Assembly: GCA_902797055.1 (NCBI GenBank)
Contig: CADBRT010000117.1
Coordinates: 4,249 to 68,248 of the forward strand
DNA: 64,000 nt
Direction: 5' to 3'
DNA from: an uncultured Spirochaetaceae bacterium
GTDB lineage: Bacteria > Spirochaetota > Spirochaetia > Treponematales > Treponemataceae
In this document: piece by piece, positions 1-9,271 of the stretch
How the letters are laid out: each line of letters opens with the position of its first letter
How positions within the stretch are numbered: position 1 is the stretch's first letter
The notes under the pieces: generated by a model
What the model saw: only the letters and a program-made list of their open reading frames with translations
What the model was told of the DNA's origin: nothing
The model's database searches: none
Translations under genes and position numbers: made by a program

Positions 1-78
1 TTACAGGTTAATTTTTCAAAAACAACACTATATTTGGGCGACCTGCCGGTAGTCAGTCTGACTCTTGACTTAAAGCAG

Positions 79-109
79 AAAAAAAACGCGGTGCGGAAAC
101 CGCACCACG
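79..109 (-). terminator. Rho-independent terminator downstream of the PEPCK gene
   Basis: On the minus strand, the stem-loop GGTGCGG-TTT-CCGCACC (plus 90-106) is followed by GCG plus T8 (plus-strand A-run 79-86). It lies about 40 nt past the stop at 151-153. Confidence 0.7.
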
Positions 110-150
110 TTATTATGTAAGAAAACTTAAACGCTACGCATTAGCACATG

Positions 151-2016
151 TTATGCATTCAAGCGCTTCTCGAGGTCGTCGAGACAGTCCATAAGCTCTT
201 TTGGCAAGTGTTTGCCGAACTTCGGATAGTGGTTCTCGCGTACGTCCTTGATTTCCTTCTTCCATCCCTCGACATCAACTTTGAGGAGCTCTGGGAGTGT
301 TGCCTTGTAGTAGTCTGCAAGACCATCAGTGTTAAGAGCACCATCTTTCGGCATGAATCCGATCGGTGTATCGATGTAGTTGTCCTTTCCGTCGCAGCGG
401 TCGAAAATCCATGCGAGGACGCGGCTGTTGTCACCGTATCCAGGCCACATGAATCCGCCAGGAAGCTTGTCGTTGTTCTCGTCCTTTCTGAACCAGTTGA
501 CGTAGAAAATCTTCGGCAGCTTGTCCTGATCAGCCTTTGCGCCGACGTCGATCCAGTGCTGGAAGTAGTCGCCCATGTTGTATCCGCAGAACGGAATGAT
601 TGCGAACGGGTCGCGGCGGATCTTTCCGACTTCAGCAGCATTGATTGTAGAAGCTGCTGTGATTTCTGATCCGACGATGGATCCGAGGAAGACACCGTGG
701 TTCCAGTTGCGTGCCTGATGCACGAGCGGGATTGTTGACGGGCGGCGTCCGCCGAAGAGGATTGCAGAAATCGGAACACCCTTTGGATCTTCCCAGTTGT
801 CTGCAATGCACGGGCACTGACCTGCAGGAGCAGTGAAGCGTGCGTTCGGGTGAGCGACACACTGGCTCTTGTCTTTCGGGTTCTTGTCGTTTGCAGGGCA
901 AGCAACCTTGTTTCCGTGCCAGTCGACAATCTCTTTGCCCTCAGGCTTGTATCCGATGCCTTCCCACCAGACGTCTCCGTCCTCTGTGAGACCGCAGTTT
1001 GTAAAGATAGTGTTCTTGCCTGCTGCAATGAGAGCGTTCTTGTTGGACTGCTCTGAAGTTCCCGGTGCAACACCGAAGAATCCAGCTTCAGGGTTGATAG
1101 CGTACAGACGTCCGTCCTCGCCGAACTTCATCCAAGCGATATCATCACCGACAGTCTCGACCTTCCAGCCAGGGATTGTAGGAATGAGCATGGCGAGGTT
1201 TGTCTTTCCACAAGCAGACGGGAATGCGCCTGTTACGTACTTGACTTCACCGTCGCTCTCGCGTGTGAGTTTGAGGATGAGCATGTGCTCTGCGAGCCAG
1301 CCTTCATCGCGTGCAAGGACTGTAGCAATGCGGAGAGCGAAGCACTTCTTTCCGAGAAGAGCGTTTCCGCCGTATCCAGAACCGTAAGACCAAATGAGGT
1401 GCTCCTCCGGGAACTGGGAGATGTATTTGTTCTCTACATCGGCGCACGGCCATACACCGTTGTCTTTTTCGCCGTTGTTGAGAGGCTTTCCGACTGAGTG
1501 CAGACATGGAACGAAATCAGCGTTCGGATCTGCGTTGAAGATGTCAAGAACCTTCTTTCCTGCGCGTGTCATGATGTCCATGTTCAGGACAACATACTCT
1601 GAGTCTGTAAGCTCAACGCCGTTCTTTGAAATCGGGGAGCCGAGCGGTCCCATGCAGAACGGAATGACGTACATAGTGCGTCCGTGCATACAACCCTTGT
1701 AAAGACCTTTCATTGTAGCCTTCAGTTCTTTCGGGTCAATCCAGTGGTTTGTCGGACCTGCATCCTCTTCTTTGACAGAAGAAATGAACGTGCGGGACTC
1801 AACGCGGGCAACATCAGAAGGAAGGGAGCGGAACAGGTAGCTGTGGGGCTTCTTGGCAAGAGGGGTGGCCAGACCTGCGTCCACACATTTTTTCATCAGG
1901 CGGTCATATTCTTCGGCAGAACCGTCACAGACAACAACTGAGTCCGGCTCACACATTTTGACGCATTCGTCAATCCAAGCTTTGATTTTTGGGTGCTTGA
2001 TGTCTTCAAGAGTCAT
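151..2016 (-). CDS. pckG: Phosphoenolpyruvate carboxykinase (GTP)
   Basis: 621-aa ORF. It carries the GTP-PEPCK kinase-1a loop [13 protein letters not shown], plus [12 protein letters not shown] and [26 protein letters not shown]. The length is typical of GTP-dependent PEPCK. Confidence 0.95.
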   Translation of the reverse strand: MTLEDIKHPKIKAWIDECVKMCEPDSVVVCDGSAEEYDRLMKKCVDAGLATPLAKKPHSYLFRSLPSDVARVESRTFISSVKEEDAGPTNHWIDPKELKATMKGLYKGCMHGRTMYVIPFCMGPLGSPISKNGVELTDSEYVVLNMDIMTRAGKKVLDIFNADPNADFVPCLHSVGKPLNNGEKDNGVWPCADVENKYISQFPEEHLIWSYGSGYGGNALLGKKCFALRIATVLARDEGWLAEHMLILKLTRESDGEVKYVTGAFPSACGKTNLAMLIPTIPGWKVETVGDDIAWMKFGEDGRLYAINPEAGFFGVAPGTSEQSNKNALIAAGKNTIFTNCGLTEDGDVWWEGIGYKPEGKEIVDWHGNKVACPANDKNPKDKSQCVAHPNARFTAPAGQCPCIADNWEDPKGVPISAILFGGRRPSTIPLVHQARNWNHGVFLGSIVGSEITAASTINAAEVGKIRRDPFAIIPFCGYNMGDYFQHWIDVGAKADQDKLPKIFYVNWFRKDENNDKLPGGFMWPGYGDNSRVLAWIFDRCDGKDNYIDTPIGFMPKDGALNTDGLADYYKATLPELLKVDVEGWKKEIKDVRENHYPKFGKHLPKELMDCLDDLEKRLNA

Positions 2017-2180
2017 TCAACTACTCCTATTACAGTCAGGAGCCGCATGGCGAAACAGGAGTTTTTACAACGTAACCGACCTGTTTTCACGGCTTCTCAT
2101 GCCACCTATTTTACTTTAATTCAAAAGTATGTTCAACACTAAAGATTGCAGATAGATAACCATTTCAGTAAAATAATTGC

Positions 2181-3563
2181 ATGGCAAAGAAAAAAGGCTC
2201 CATCGTCTACAAGTGTTCTTCCTGCGGCTACACGCAGCCGGGCTGGCTCGGCAGATGTCCGCAGTGCGGGGAATGGAACACGCTCGAAGAGTGCATAACC
2301 GACCCCAACGCCGCCACCCCCACACTGTCAGGAGGCACCGCCGTAAAAGTCCGCCCGGTGCCGCTGGCAAAAATAGCAGTCCAAGGGGAAGGCAGAATCA
2401 CAACGGGAATAGAAGAATTCGACCGGGTGCTCGGCGGCGGAGCGACGCTGCGCAGCGCTGTACTCATCGGAGGGGAACCGGGCATTGGCAAATCCACCCT
2501 GTTGCTCCAGAGTGCGGCATCGGTTTTAAAAGCCCACAAAGGCCGCATTCTGTATGTCTCCGGAGAAGAGTCAGCTTCACAGATAAAAGGGCGCGCCACA
2601 CGGCTTGCACTAGACGTAGGACAGGTGGAAATTCTGTGCACACTCCGTCTCGAAGACATCCTCGACGCATTGGACAGCCTGACCCCGTCACTCGTCATCA
2701 TAGATTCGATACAGACCGTCTACTCCGTACAGGCTGGAATCGTGCCGGGAACGGTCAGCCAGCTCAAATACTGTGCAAACGAACTCATCGGCTGGGTTAA
2801 AGAGCGCGACAGCGTGCTTTTCATGACAGCCCATGTCACCAAAGACGGCACCATTGCAGGCCCAAAAAGCCTGGAGCACATGGTGGACACCGTCATCTCA
2901 TTCGAACGCAACAACAACGACGACCTGCGCTTCCTGCATGCGCTCAAAAACCGCTTCGGCTCTGTAGATGAGCTCGGCGTTTTCAAAATGGAACAGGACG
3001 GCTTAAAGATGGTTGACGACCCCAGCACATTGTTCATAACAAAACGGGAAAAGGGACTGCCGGCAGGCGTCTCCTGCGTGCCGGTCTTTGAAGGAAGCCG
3101 CGTTTTTGTGGTGGAAATACAGGCACTGACGGTGGGTGCAAAAGGCGCAATCAACCGCGTCTACTCGGACAGAATTGACAGCGCGCGGGTGAGCCGCGTT
3201 GCAGCCGTCATTGAAAAATGTGCAGGCATCAAATTCAGCGATGTCGACATCTACATAAACGTCGCAGGAGGGGCGCGCCTTTCTGAAAGTGCCATCGACG
3301 CAGCGCTGGCAGCCGCACTGTATTCAGCGCGTACCGACATAGCGCTGCCGGAACGGACCGCAATCGTCGGAGAACTCAGCCTCGCCGGCGAAATCCGTCC
3401 CGTCGCCAAACTGAAGGAGCGCGTAAAGGCGGCGAAGGAAATGGGCTTCACCACCGTGCTGACGCCGGAAAAATCCGCAGGCGCTACAGCCGTCTCCGAC
3501 ATCAGCGCGCTGGTGCGGGCGCTGTTTTCCAATACGCTTGACGGCAAAACAACCGTTCGTTAA
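2181..3563 (+). CDS. radA: DNA repair protein RadA (Sms)
   Basis: N-terminal zinc finger CSSCGYTQPGWLGRCPQCGEW, Walker A GGEPGIGKST, RadA-specific KNRFG motif (ALKNRFGSVDE), and a Lon-protease-like C-terminal domain. Confidence 0.95.
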   Translation: MAKKKGSIVYKCSSCGYTQPGWLGRCPQCGEWNTLEECITDPNAATPTLSGGTAVKVRPVPLAKIAVQGEGRITTGIEEFDRVLGGGATLRSAVLIGGEPGIGKSTLLLQSAASVLKAHKGRILYVSGEESASQIKGRATRLALDVGQVEILCTLRLEDILDALDSLTPSLVIIDSIQTVYSVQAGIVPGTVSQLKYCANELIGWVKERDSVLFMTAHVTKDGTIAGPKSLEHMVDTVISFERNNNDDLRFLHALKNRFGSVDELGVFKMEQDGLKMVDDPSTLFITKREKGLPAGVSCVPVFEGSRVFVVEIQALTVGAKGAINRVYSDRIDSARVSRVAAVIEKCAGIKFSDVDIYINVAGGARLSESAIDAALAAALYSARTDIALPERTAIVGELSLAGEIRPVAKLKERVKAAKEMGFTTVLTPEKSAGATAVSDISALVRALFSNTLDGKTTVR

Positions 3564-3566
3564 AGT
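3538..3566 (+). promoter_or_regulatory. Candidate sigma70-type promoter for the small ORF at 3633 (TTGACG-N17-TAAAGT)
   Basis: TTGACG at 3538-3543, a 17-nt spacer, and TAAAGT at 3561-3566 overlapping the radA stop codon. This would give a 5' UTR of about 60 nt. Based on the sequence pattern only. Confidence 0.3.
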
Positions 3567-3596
3567 ATTATTAGGAATCCCGCCGCAAGGGTAGAC

Positions 3597-3623
3597 GTCT
3601 CCTAATCTTAACGAAAAGGAGAC
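3597..3623 (+). promoter_or_regulatory. Candidate SD-sequestering hairpin in the 5' UTR of the small ORF
   Basis: GTCTCCT (3597-3603) is the exact reverse complement of the Shine-Dalgarno-containing AGGAGAC (3617-3623). The loop is 13 nt, and the ATG follows at 3633. Confidence 0.35.
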
Positions 3624-3632
3624 CCGCGTAAT

Positions 3633-3710
3633 ATGACAAATTACGAGAAAGTAATGCTCGTCATTGCTATTATTGGTTTGATTATAAACGTGGTAGCTCT
3701 CATCAAATAG
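3633..3710 (+). CDS. Unannotated 25-aa hydrophobic peptide MTNYEKVMLVIAIIGLIINVVALIK; candidate type I toxin (BsrG / holin-like-toxin style)
   Basis: ATG lies 9 nt after an AAGGAGA SD. The peptide has a single predicted transmembrane helix. As I recall the sequence, about half of the positions match B. subtilis BsrG (MTVYESLMIMINFGGLILNTVLLIF...) when aligned from residue 1. It is too short for the supplied ORF track. Confidence 0.4.
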   Translation: MTNYEKVMLVIAIIGLIINVVALIK

Positions 3711-3724
3711 TATTTGCTGAAAGC

Positions 3725-3815
3725 GTAAAAATAAAGCCTGCCCCATAGCGTGACAACTTCTGGACAGGCTTTTATAAGCTACAAAGGAGACATCGCACTG
3801 TGGCGGGGTTCCTTT
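3725..3815 (-). ncRNA. Predicted ~90-nt antisense/convergent small RNA (candidate antitoxin)
   Basis: The RNA is bounded by the minus-strand promoter at 3822-3850 and the terminator at 3733-3773. It contains GTCTCCTTT (complement of plus 3783-3791), which is perfectly complementary to the AAAGGAGAC SD region (3615-3623) of the small ORF. It would overlap the 3' end of the small-ORF mRNA at the shared hairpin. Confidence 0.3.
3733..3773. terminator. Bidirectional hairpin terminator between the small ORF (+) and the helicase gene (-)
   Basis: AAAGCCTG (3733-3740) pairs with CAGGCTTT (3765-3772), plus 2 further GC pairs. On the minus strand it is followed by TTTATTTTT, and on the plus strand by TTTTATAA. 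Confidence 0.6.
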
Positions 3816-3821
3816 TGTATT

Positions 3822-3850
3822 ATCATACAGAACTTTTTTTACCACGTCAA
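3822..3850 (-). promoter_or_regulatory. Near-consensus sigma70-type promoter on the minus strand (TTGACG-N17-TATGAT)
   Basis: Read on the minus strand: TTGACG (plus 3845-3850), a 17-nt spacer, and TATGAT (plus 3822-3827). It lies between the helicase stop codon (3867) and the terminator hairpin. Confidence 0.4.
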
Positions 3851-3866
3851 GGGACGATGTACCTGT

Positions 3867-6074
3867 TCACTGCTCCTCGAGCATGAGAGCGCGGGACTGG
3901 TATTTGGGCAGAAATTTCTTTATCGGGGAGCCGGAATCCGTCGCAGTTTCAAACCTGACGCTCACGATGAGCTCCCCGTCAGCGGTATATTCGCTCTTCA
4001 CTATCTGACCGTGCCCGTAGTCATCGTGATAGACACCTGCCCCTACGTGGTATTTTTTCGACAGCGAATCCGCACCGGCACCGGCGGCGAACGAAAGCGG
4101 TTTTTCACCGAGGATGCGAAGCCGCTCCGCACCTATTTCACTCAGAAACGGGCTGGGGCTCATATACTTCGTCTGCCCGTACAACCGGCGGAACGAACAG
4201 CACGTAAAATACAGCTCATTCTTTGCGCGGGTAATCCCCACGTAAAACAGTCGGCGTTCCTCTTCGATTTCCGTCTCGCTTTTGTCTTCCCGCGGGAAGA
4301 TGCCGCTCTCCATCCCAGTGATGATAACACGCGGGAACTCCAACCCCTTTGTGTTGTGCAGCGTTATCAGCGTCACCGAATCTTTTTCCCCATCGTCGTC
4401 TTCACTGTTTTCAAGCGTCCTGTCCAACTGCACGTGGTCGAGGAAGTCCAGCAGCCCCTGCTTCGTGCACGGGTACAAGACAGCACTGTTCACAAGCTCC
4501 TGCAAGTTTGCCAGCTTCTGAGTCCCGGAAACGTCATCCTTTGCCTTATGGTAATCCTCAAGCCCCGACTTTTCGACGACAGCATCGATGAATACCGACA
4601 GTTTGTCACCGGACTTAGACTCCCCTTCCGGCAGCAAATCGGAGAACTCTTTTGCGAGGACTGCGAAACGCTTTGCGCCGTCGGCAGCTTTTTTCGAAAG
4701 CTTGACTTCCGTACATGACTGCGTAATCGGCACGCCGCGGGAAAGCGAGTCCTGTAGGATTTTATCTTGGGAAGTATTTCCCACACCCTGGGCGGGTTTA
4801 TTCACAACGCGGCGGAACGCAACCTCATCACGCGGATTCGCGACGAATGCAATCCAAGCGAGCGCATCTTTTACCTCTTCCCGTTCGTAGAATTTTAAAG
4901 AACCTACTATAGTATAGGGGATTTTTGCATGCAGGAATTCCGTTTCAAAACCAAGCGACTGAGCATTCGTCCTGTACAGGATAGCCCAGTCTTTATACGG
5001 CACACCCTTCTTGTGTGCCTGAACAATGATTTCCCGGCAGAACTGCGTTTCATCCTCCTGATTCGGAAGAAAAACGAGCGTTGGAGTTTTTCCGTCGCCG
5101 CGCGCCGCCACAAGCGTTTTCCCCAAGCGGCTTTCGTTGTGTCTTACGACATTGTCCGCACAGGCAAGTATCTTGCTCGTCGAGCGGTAATTGGTCTGCA
5201 GCCTGATGAGCGCAGTACCGGGGAACTGCGACTGGAAATTCAGGATGTTCTGAACTTCCGCACCGCGGAACCGGTAAATGCTCTGGTCATCGTCGCCGAC
5301 GACACAGACATAGATACCGGAATCTTCCTCCACTCCTGAAAGTTCACGCAAAAGCTTGAACTGCGCCACATTGGAATCCTGATACTCATCGACCATTATA
5401 ACCCGATACTGGGTATGTATACGTTCACGGATATTTTCATTATCCCTAAGCACAAGGTATGGCAGCATAATCAAGTCTCCGAAGTCGACATTGCCAGTCT
5501 GCTTGAGACGCTCCTGATACTGCTTATATATAGAAGGAAATGAGGGATCTTCAGTCACCGTGTACAGTTCTTCACTTTCAGGCTCAAGGCAATAGTCCTT
5601 TGCAAGCGCTATGTGGTGGGCGGCTTGGGACGCCTGCTGTCGCGAAAGAGTAGGAACAGCGCGGGTCAGCAGCGTCACCATATCGTCATCATCGTAGACG
5701 GTAAAACTGCTGCTGATGCCGGCTTCAAGCGCATACCGACGCAAAAAATACGCCCCCCAGGAATGGAACGTGCGTATCTGGGCATACTGAGAACGAGGCT
5801 CCAAAGCGATAGCACGTTCTTTCATCTCTGCCGCCGCTTTTTTCGTAAACGTAACAGCAAGGATTGCGTACGGATCCACGTGCTTTTCTTTTATCAGCCA
5901 CGCTATCTTCGTTGTGATGACACGGGTCTTCCCGGAACCTGCTCCTGCAAGAATCAGAAGGGAAGAACCTTCATGCAGAACAGCTTCCTTCTGCTCCGGG
6001 TTCAAGACATCGAGATAGCTTTCAGTCCCCACAGAACTCTCCGTCAACATCGACTTCGGAAGCCGCAAGCGCAT
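3867..6074 (-). CDS. ATP-dependent DNA helicase, UvrD/PcrA family
   Basis: SF1 helicase motifs AGAGSGKTRVIT (I), VDEYQDSN (II), TNYRST, TLHNTKGLEFP (V) and YVGITRAK (VI). The start may instead be the Met at 6050. Either start overlaps the 3' end of the upstream gene. Confidence 0.9.
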   Translation of the reverse strand: MRLRLPKSMLTESSVGTESYLDVLNPEQKEAVLHEGSSLLILAGAGSGKTRVITTKIAWLIKEKHVDPYAILAVTFTKKAAAEMKERAIALEPRSQYAQIRTFHSWGAYFLRRYALEAGISSSFTVYDDDDMVTLLTRAVPTLSRQQASQAAHHIALAKDYCLEPESEELYTVTEDPSFPSIYKQYQERLKQTGNVDFGDLIMLPYLVLRDNENIRERIHTQYRVIMVDEYQDSNVAQFKLLRELSGVEEDSGIYVCVVGDDDQSIYRFRGAEVQNILNFQSQFPGTALIRLQTNYRSTSKILACADNVVRHNESRLGKTLVAARGDGKTPTLVFLPNQEDETQFCREIIVQAHKKGVPYKDWAILYRTNAQSLGFETEFLHAKIPYTIVGSLKFYEREEVKDALAWIAFVANPRDEVAFRRVVNKPAQGVGNTSQDKILQDSLSRGVPITQSCTEVKLSKKAADGAKRFAVLAKEFSDLLPEGESKSGDKLSVFIDAVVEKSGLEDYHKAKDDVSGTQKLANLQELVNSAVLYPCTKQGLLDFLDHVQLDRTLENSEDDDGEKDSVTLITLHNTKGLEFPRVIITGMESGIFPREDKSETEIEEERRLFYVGITRAKNELYFTCCSFRRLYGQTKYMSPSPFLSEIGAERLRILGEKPLSFAAGAGADSLSKKYHVGAGVYHDDYGHGQIVKSEYTADGELIVSVRFETATDSGSPIKKFLPKYQSRALMLEEQ

Positions 6075-7452
6075 GGACTTTTACAATTTCCCCGGGCACA
6101 ATCGCCTTTACCGCTTTTTCATCGTCAAGGTCGTAGCGTATGACCACATTGCCATCAACCTCCGGTGCCTCAAACCATGCGCGTCCAATGGCAAGTCCTT
6201 CATCTGTGCCGGCTTTGTTTTCAACGATTTCCTCAACCAGAACGTCGTACGTTTTTCCCACCCTGTGCTGCAGCCGTTGCGCTGTGATTTCCGCCTGTAT
6301 GCGGGAAAGCTTGTCTGCGCGGCGTTTTGCAGCTACTGCGCTCACAGTCTGTTTCATAGCACCGGCAGGGGTATCCTCTTCCTGACTGTAGGTAAAGCAG
6401 CCCGACCAGTCGCTCTGTATTTCCTTCAAAAAGCGCTCCGTCGTTGCGGCGGCTTCCTTTGTTTCTCCGGGAAAGCCCGTCAAAAATGTAGTGCGTATGC
6501 AGCTGTCAGGGAACGCATTCCGTATCTCTTGCACCAGTTTACTGTAACGCGCAAACGACCCCCGCCGGTTCATTGCATGAATGATTGCATCATCACCGGA
6601 CTGGAACGGGATATCAAAATAGGGAAGAAAACGGGTATCCTTCTGCATGACTGAAAGGATATCGGTGTTAAAGTGGTCAGGATGAATATACAAAAGGCGG
6701 ATCCAGAAATTTCCCTCGAGCGATGAAATCTGTTCCATCAACTCCTTAAGCGGAGATTTTTTTCCCTCGGGTGCAGGTTCACCGCCATAAAGAGCTCCAT
6801 GCCAGTTTTCGTTGCGGTTAAACACATCATCGTCAGTACCGCAGCCGTACGCTGCCAAATCCTGACCGATTAAGTTGATTTCCTTCACACCCCGTGCCAC
6901 AAGGTCTTGTATCTCCTGCACGATATCCGCTGCGGGGCGGGAACGCAGGCGTCCGCGGATAATTGGAATGGCGCAGAACGTACAGCGGTTGTCACAGCCT
7001 TCGGTGATTTTCACGTATGCACTGCCCTTGAATGAAAGCAGCATATTCCGGTCGCCGCAGCACACTCCTTTCTGAGGCGGACGGACGACAGGACGCCCGC
7101 CAGCAAGCAGGTCTTTTACCGTTCCGTCTATCAGCGACAGGTCTCCGTTGCCAAAGACGCCGTCAGCTTCAGGCAATTCGGTACGGAAATTCTCTGCATA
7201 CCGTTCGGCAAGACAACCGGCGAGCAAAATCTTTGCCTCGGGGTACGCCTGTCGCGCCCCCAATACAGCGTCAAGACTTTCCTGCTTTGCGCTTTCAATA
7301 AAGCCGCAGCTGTTTATGATTATGAGTTCAGCGTCATCCGCATTGTCTACACGGGACAACCCCATCTTTTCCAGGCGGGAAATCAACAGTTCCCCGTCCA
7401 CCTGATTTTTTGCACAACCGTGCTGGTCAAGGAAAAACGTATTTCGAGTCAT
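6022..7452 (-). CDS. rimO: Radical-SAM methylthiotransferase of the MiaB/RimO family, most like RimO (ribosomal protein S12 methylthiotransferase)
   Basis: N-terminal UPF0004 cysteines (GCAKNQVD, NSCGF, AGCLAERY), radical-SAM motif CDNRCTFCAIP, and a C-terminal TRAM-like domain. The choice between RimO and MiaB/MtaB rests on resemblance only. Confidence 0.7.
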   Translation of the reverse strand: MTRNTFFLDQHGCAKNQVDGELLISRLEKMGLSRVDNADDAELIIINSCGFIESAKQESLDAVLGARQAYPEAKILLAGCLAERYAENFRTELPEADGVFGNGDLSLIDGTVKDLLAGGRPVVRPPQKGVCCGDRNMLLSFKGSAYVKITEGCDNRCTFCAIPIIRGRLRSRPAADIVQEIQDLVARGVKEINLIGQDLAAYGCGTDDDVFNRNENWHGALYGGEPAPEGKKSPLKELMEQISSLEGNFWIRLLYIHPDHFNTDILSVMQKDTRFLPYFDIPFQSGDDAIIHAMNRRGSFARYSKLVQEIRNAFPDSCIRTTFLTGFPGETKEAAATTERFLKEIQSDWSGCFTYSQEEDTPAGAMKQTVSAVAAKRRADKLSRIQAEITAQRLQHRVGKTYDVLVEEIVENKAGTDEGLAIGRAWFEAPEVDGNVVIRYDLDDEKAVKAIVPGEIVKVHALAASEVDVDGEFCGD

Positions 7453-8571
7453 TTAATCCACGTTGTCTACGATAATGCGGTACATACCATCGTTGTCACG
7501 CACCCACTTGATGTCTTCCACAACAACTTCCCCCGCCTTTCCGATTTCAAGGTCGTAGGTATTCAGACCGGCAAGCACCTGGATTTTCATAGCATTGATA
7601 TTGCTCGCCCACAGTCTAAAGCCGTTATTGTTGGACACGCTTATGGTGTCGCCGCTCTTGTAGTACCCGTCAACGACATCCTTGCTATCGGAGCGGTAGC
7701 GGAACACGCAGGGACCTCTGAACACGATATTGACAGTGAACGGATATGCGCGGTTATCAGTATGAATAACAGGGCGGGAACCTGCGCTGGCGACAGCAAT
7801 TTCATCTCCCCGCGCCTCAGACTCCGAACCGGTGCCCACAGAAATAGTAGCAGTGATTGAAGCGGCGTCCTTGTCCTTCAGCAACATGCGCGTTTCAGCA
7901 CCACGGGAACCGTCGTGCATATCAACATCGCTCACATAGAAGATAATCTCCGGCTGTCCGTCACCGGTGACATCCACCGCGCGTTCCTCGCTCAGTTCAA
8001 CAACCTGCGTTCCTGCCGGTGTCAAGACGGAAAGAGCTCCCTTCGTACTGGAAACTGTCAAAACAATGGCCCCCTCCCCGTTTTCCGCAGGGAGCAGTAT
8101 CTGGTCACCGACATACAGCCTCACATCTTGCGTATTGCCGTCAAATTCATACTGGTGGGGTTTGCTCTTCTCTTCTACAATCTTTGCCTGTGCAGCAAGG
8201 CGTTCCGGTACCTTGAGGACAACGAAATAAAGCCATAGTCCCAACCCTATCAATAATGCTACGCACAGGACAAACAGCAACGGAACAAGGAATACAGGTT
8301 TCTTCTTTTCCAGCAGTTCCCGCGGCGCCGGAGCTTCCTGAATTTTCACCGCACGGTACAAATTTATGAGAGCATCGGTATTCGTTCCCAAAAAATCAGA
8401 GTAATTGCGCAGGAAACCTATCAAATACGGTTCGCCGGGGAAAATGCCGTCTTCTTCGGCTTCCAGAGCCTCTATATACTGGCGATTTATGGAAGTAAGG
8501 GAAGACGCTTTTTCAACGCTCAGATTTTTTTCTTCCCTGGCCTCCCGCAATATCTGGCCATAACTTTCCAT
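7453..8571 (-). CDS. RodZ-like cytoskeleton/HTH membrane protein
   Basis: N-terminal HTH (ILREAREEKNLSVEKASSLTSINRQYIEALE), the RodZ-typical segment YLIGFLRNYSDFLG, one TM helix, and a C-terminal beta-rich DUF4115-like domain. Confidence 0.6.
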   Translation of the reverse strand: MESYGQILREAREEKNLSVEKASSLTSINRQYIEALEAEEDGIFPGEPYLIGFLRNYSDFLGTNTDALINLYRAVKIQEAPAPRELLEKKKPVFLVPLLFVLCVALLIGLGLWLYFVVLKVPERLAAQAKIVEEKSKPHQYEFDGNTQDVRLYVGDQILLPAENGEGAIVLTVSSTKGALSVLTPAGTQVVELSEERAVDVTGDGQPEIIFYVSDVDMHDGSRGAETRMLLKDKDAASITATISVGTGSESEARGDEIAVASAGSRPVIHTDNRAYPFTVNIVFRGPCVFRYRSDSKDVVDGYYKSGDTISVSNNNGFRLWASNINAMKIQVLAGLNTYDLEIGKAGEVVVEDIKWVRDNDGMYRIIVDNVD

Positions 8572-8574
8572 ATA

Positions 8575-9240
8575 TTACTCCGAAAACAAGAAGTTGTTGT
8601 AATTGTTGGCTGATGAAGGCGGGTCATAGATAAAACGTTGATCGCTCAAGCCTGTGTTTATGCGGTAGCCTGAATAATAAAAGGTATAGACTACATTGGA
8701 AGGAGTTTTAGCGATGACTCGCCGTATCAGTTTCGAAGACGGGTCGATTGACAGCTTAATCGTAGAAAACGCTTCGGATGCCGTCCTGCGGTGCAGGATA
8801 AGGTTGACCACCATCTCGGGGCTTCCCTCATCAAGCGGGACAGCATCCTGCCCCGTCTCATATGCAACACTGTAATAGCGGCGCAAAAGCGACAGCCCGT
8901 CGGGAGTCATGGAACCTTTTGACGCAGTCGTAACGGTCTGCTGCAAAATGGCGGACGACCCCGGCAAATAGATGGTGAGTGTTTCACCGTTAAAGAGAAT
9001 GGTCTGTTCAGCAGGGCGTGAAAAATCGATGCGGAGCATTTCCGGACGCTTGAAACTGACTTTTCCCGTCATGGGGTCGGCATTTCCAACCGAAATAGAC
9101 ACATCGGCCTCGTAATCAGAAATAGTCCCGTAGTATTCACTGACAGATTTAAAAAATTCACTTGCTGTAAGAATTGTCTGGGAAAAAGCACTTGCAAGCG
9201 CAAGCACACATACAACCGATAGCGCAATCAGTTTCTTCAT
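8575..9240 (-). CDS. LolA-like outer-membrane lipoprotein carrier/sorting protein
   Basis: Signal peptide MKKLIALSVVCVLALASAFSQ, about 220 aa, and a LolA-like pattern (GKVSFKRPEMLRIDF...TLTIYLPG). The family call is from memory. Confidence 0.5.
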   Translation of the reverse strand: MKKLIALSVVCVLALASAFSQTILTASEFFKSVSEYYGTISDYEADVSISVGNADPMTGKVSFKRPEMLRIDFSRPAEQTILFNGETLTIYLPGSSAILQQTVTTASKGSMTPDGLSLLRRYYSVAYETGQDAVPLDEGSPEMVVNLILHRRTASEAFSTIKLSIDPSSKLIRRVIAKTPSNVVYTFYYSGYRINTGLSDQRFIYDPPSSANNYNNFLFSE

Positions 9241-9271
9241 GCATACATAATAGAAAAATACGGCTAAACGG

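Noticed and set aside
159-1073. 304-aa minus-strand ORF overlapping pckG in another frame
   Set aside because: It is an out-of-frame overlap with a gene of certain identity. Its translation is Ser/Thr/Arg-rich and low-complexity.
3800-3886. 28-codon GTG ORF behind the second AAAGGAGAC copy (plus strand)
   Set aside because: It runs into and overlaps the helicase 3' end, and the peptide has no striking character. The SD-like sequence is better explained as the complement of the anti-SD in the predicted minus-strand RNA.
3750-4718. 322-aa plus-strand ORF opposite the UvrD/PcrA-like helicase
   Set aside because: It is antisense to a gene carrying all the SF1 helicase motifs. Its 5' end would also cross the bidirectional terminator.
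6022-6074. 53-nt overlap between the helicase start and the rimO-like 3' end, as a sign of frameshift or fusion
   Set aside because: The overlap is most simply explained by the helicase starting at the internal Met (6050) or by ordinary translational coupling. Both ORFs are intact and carry complete motif sets.
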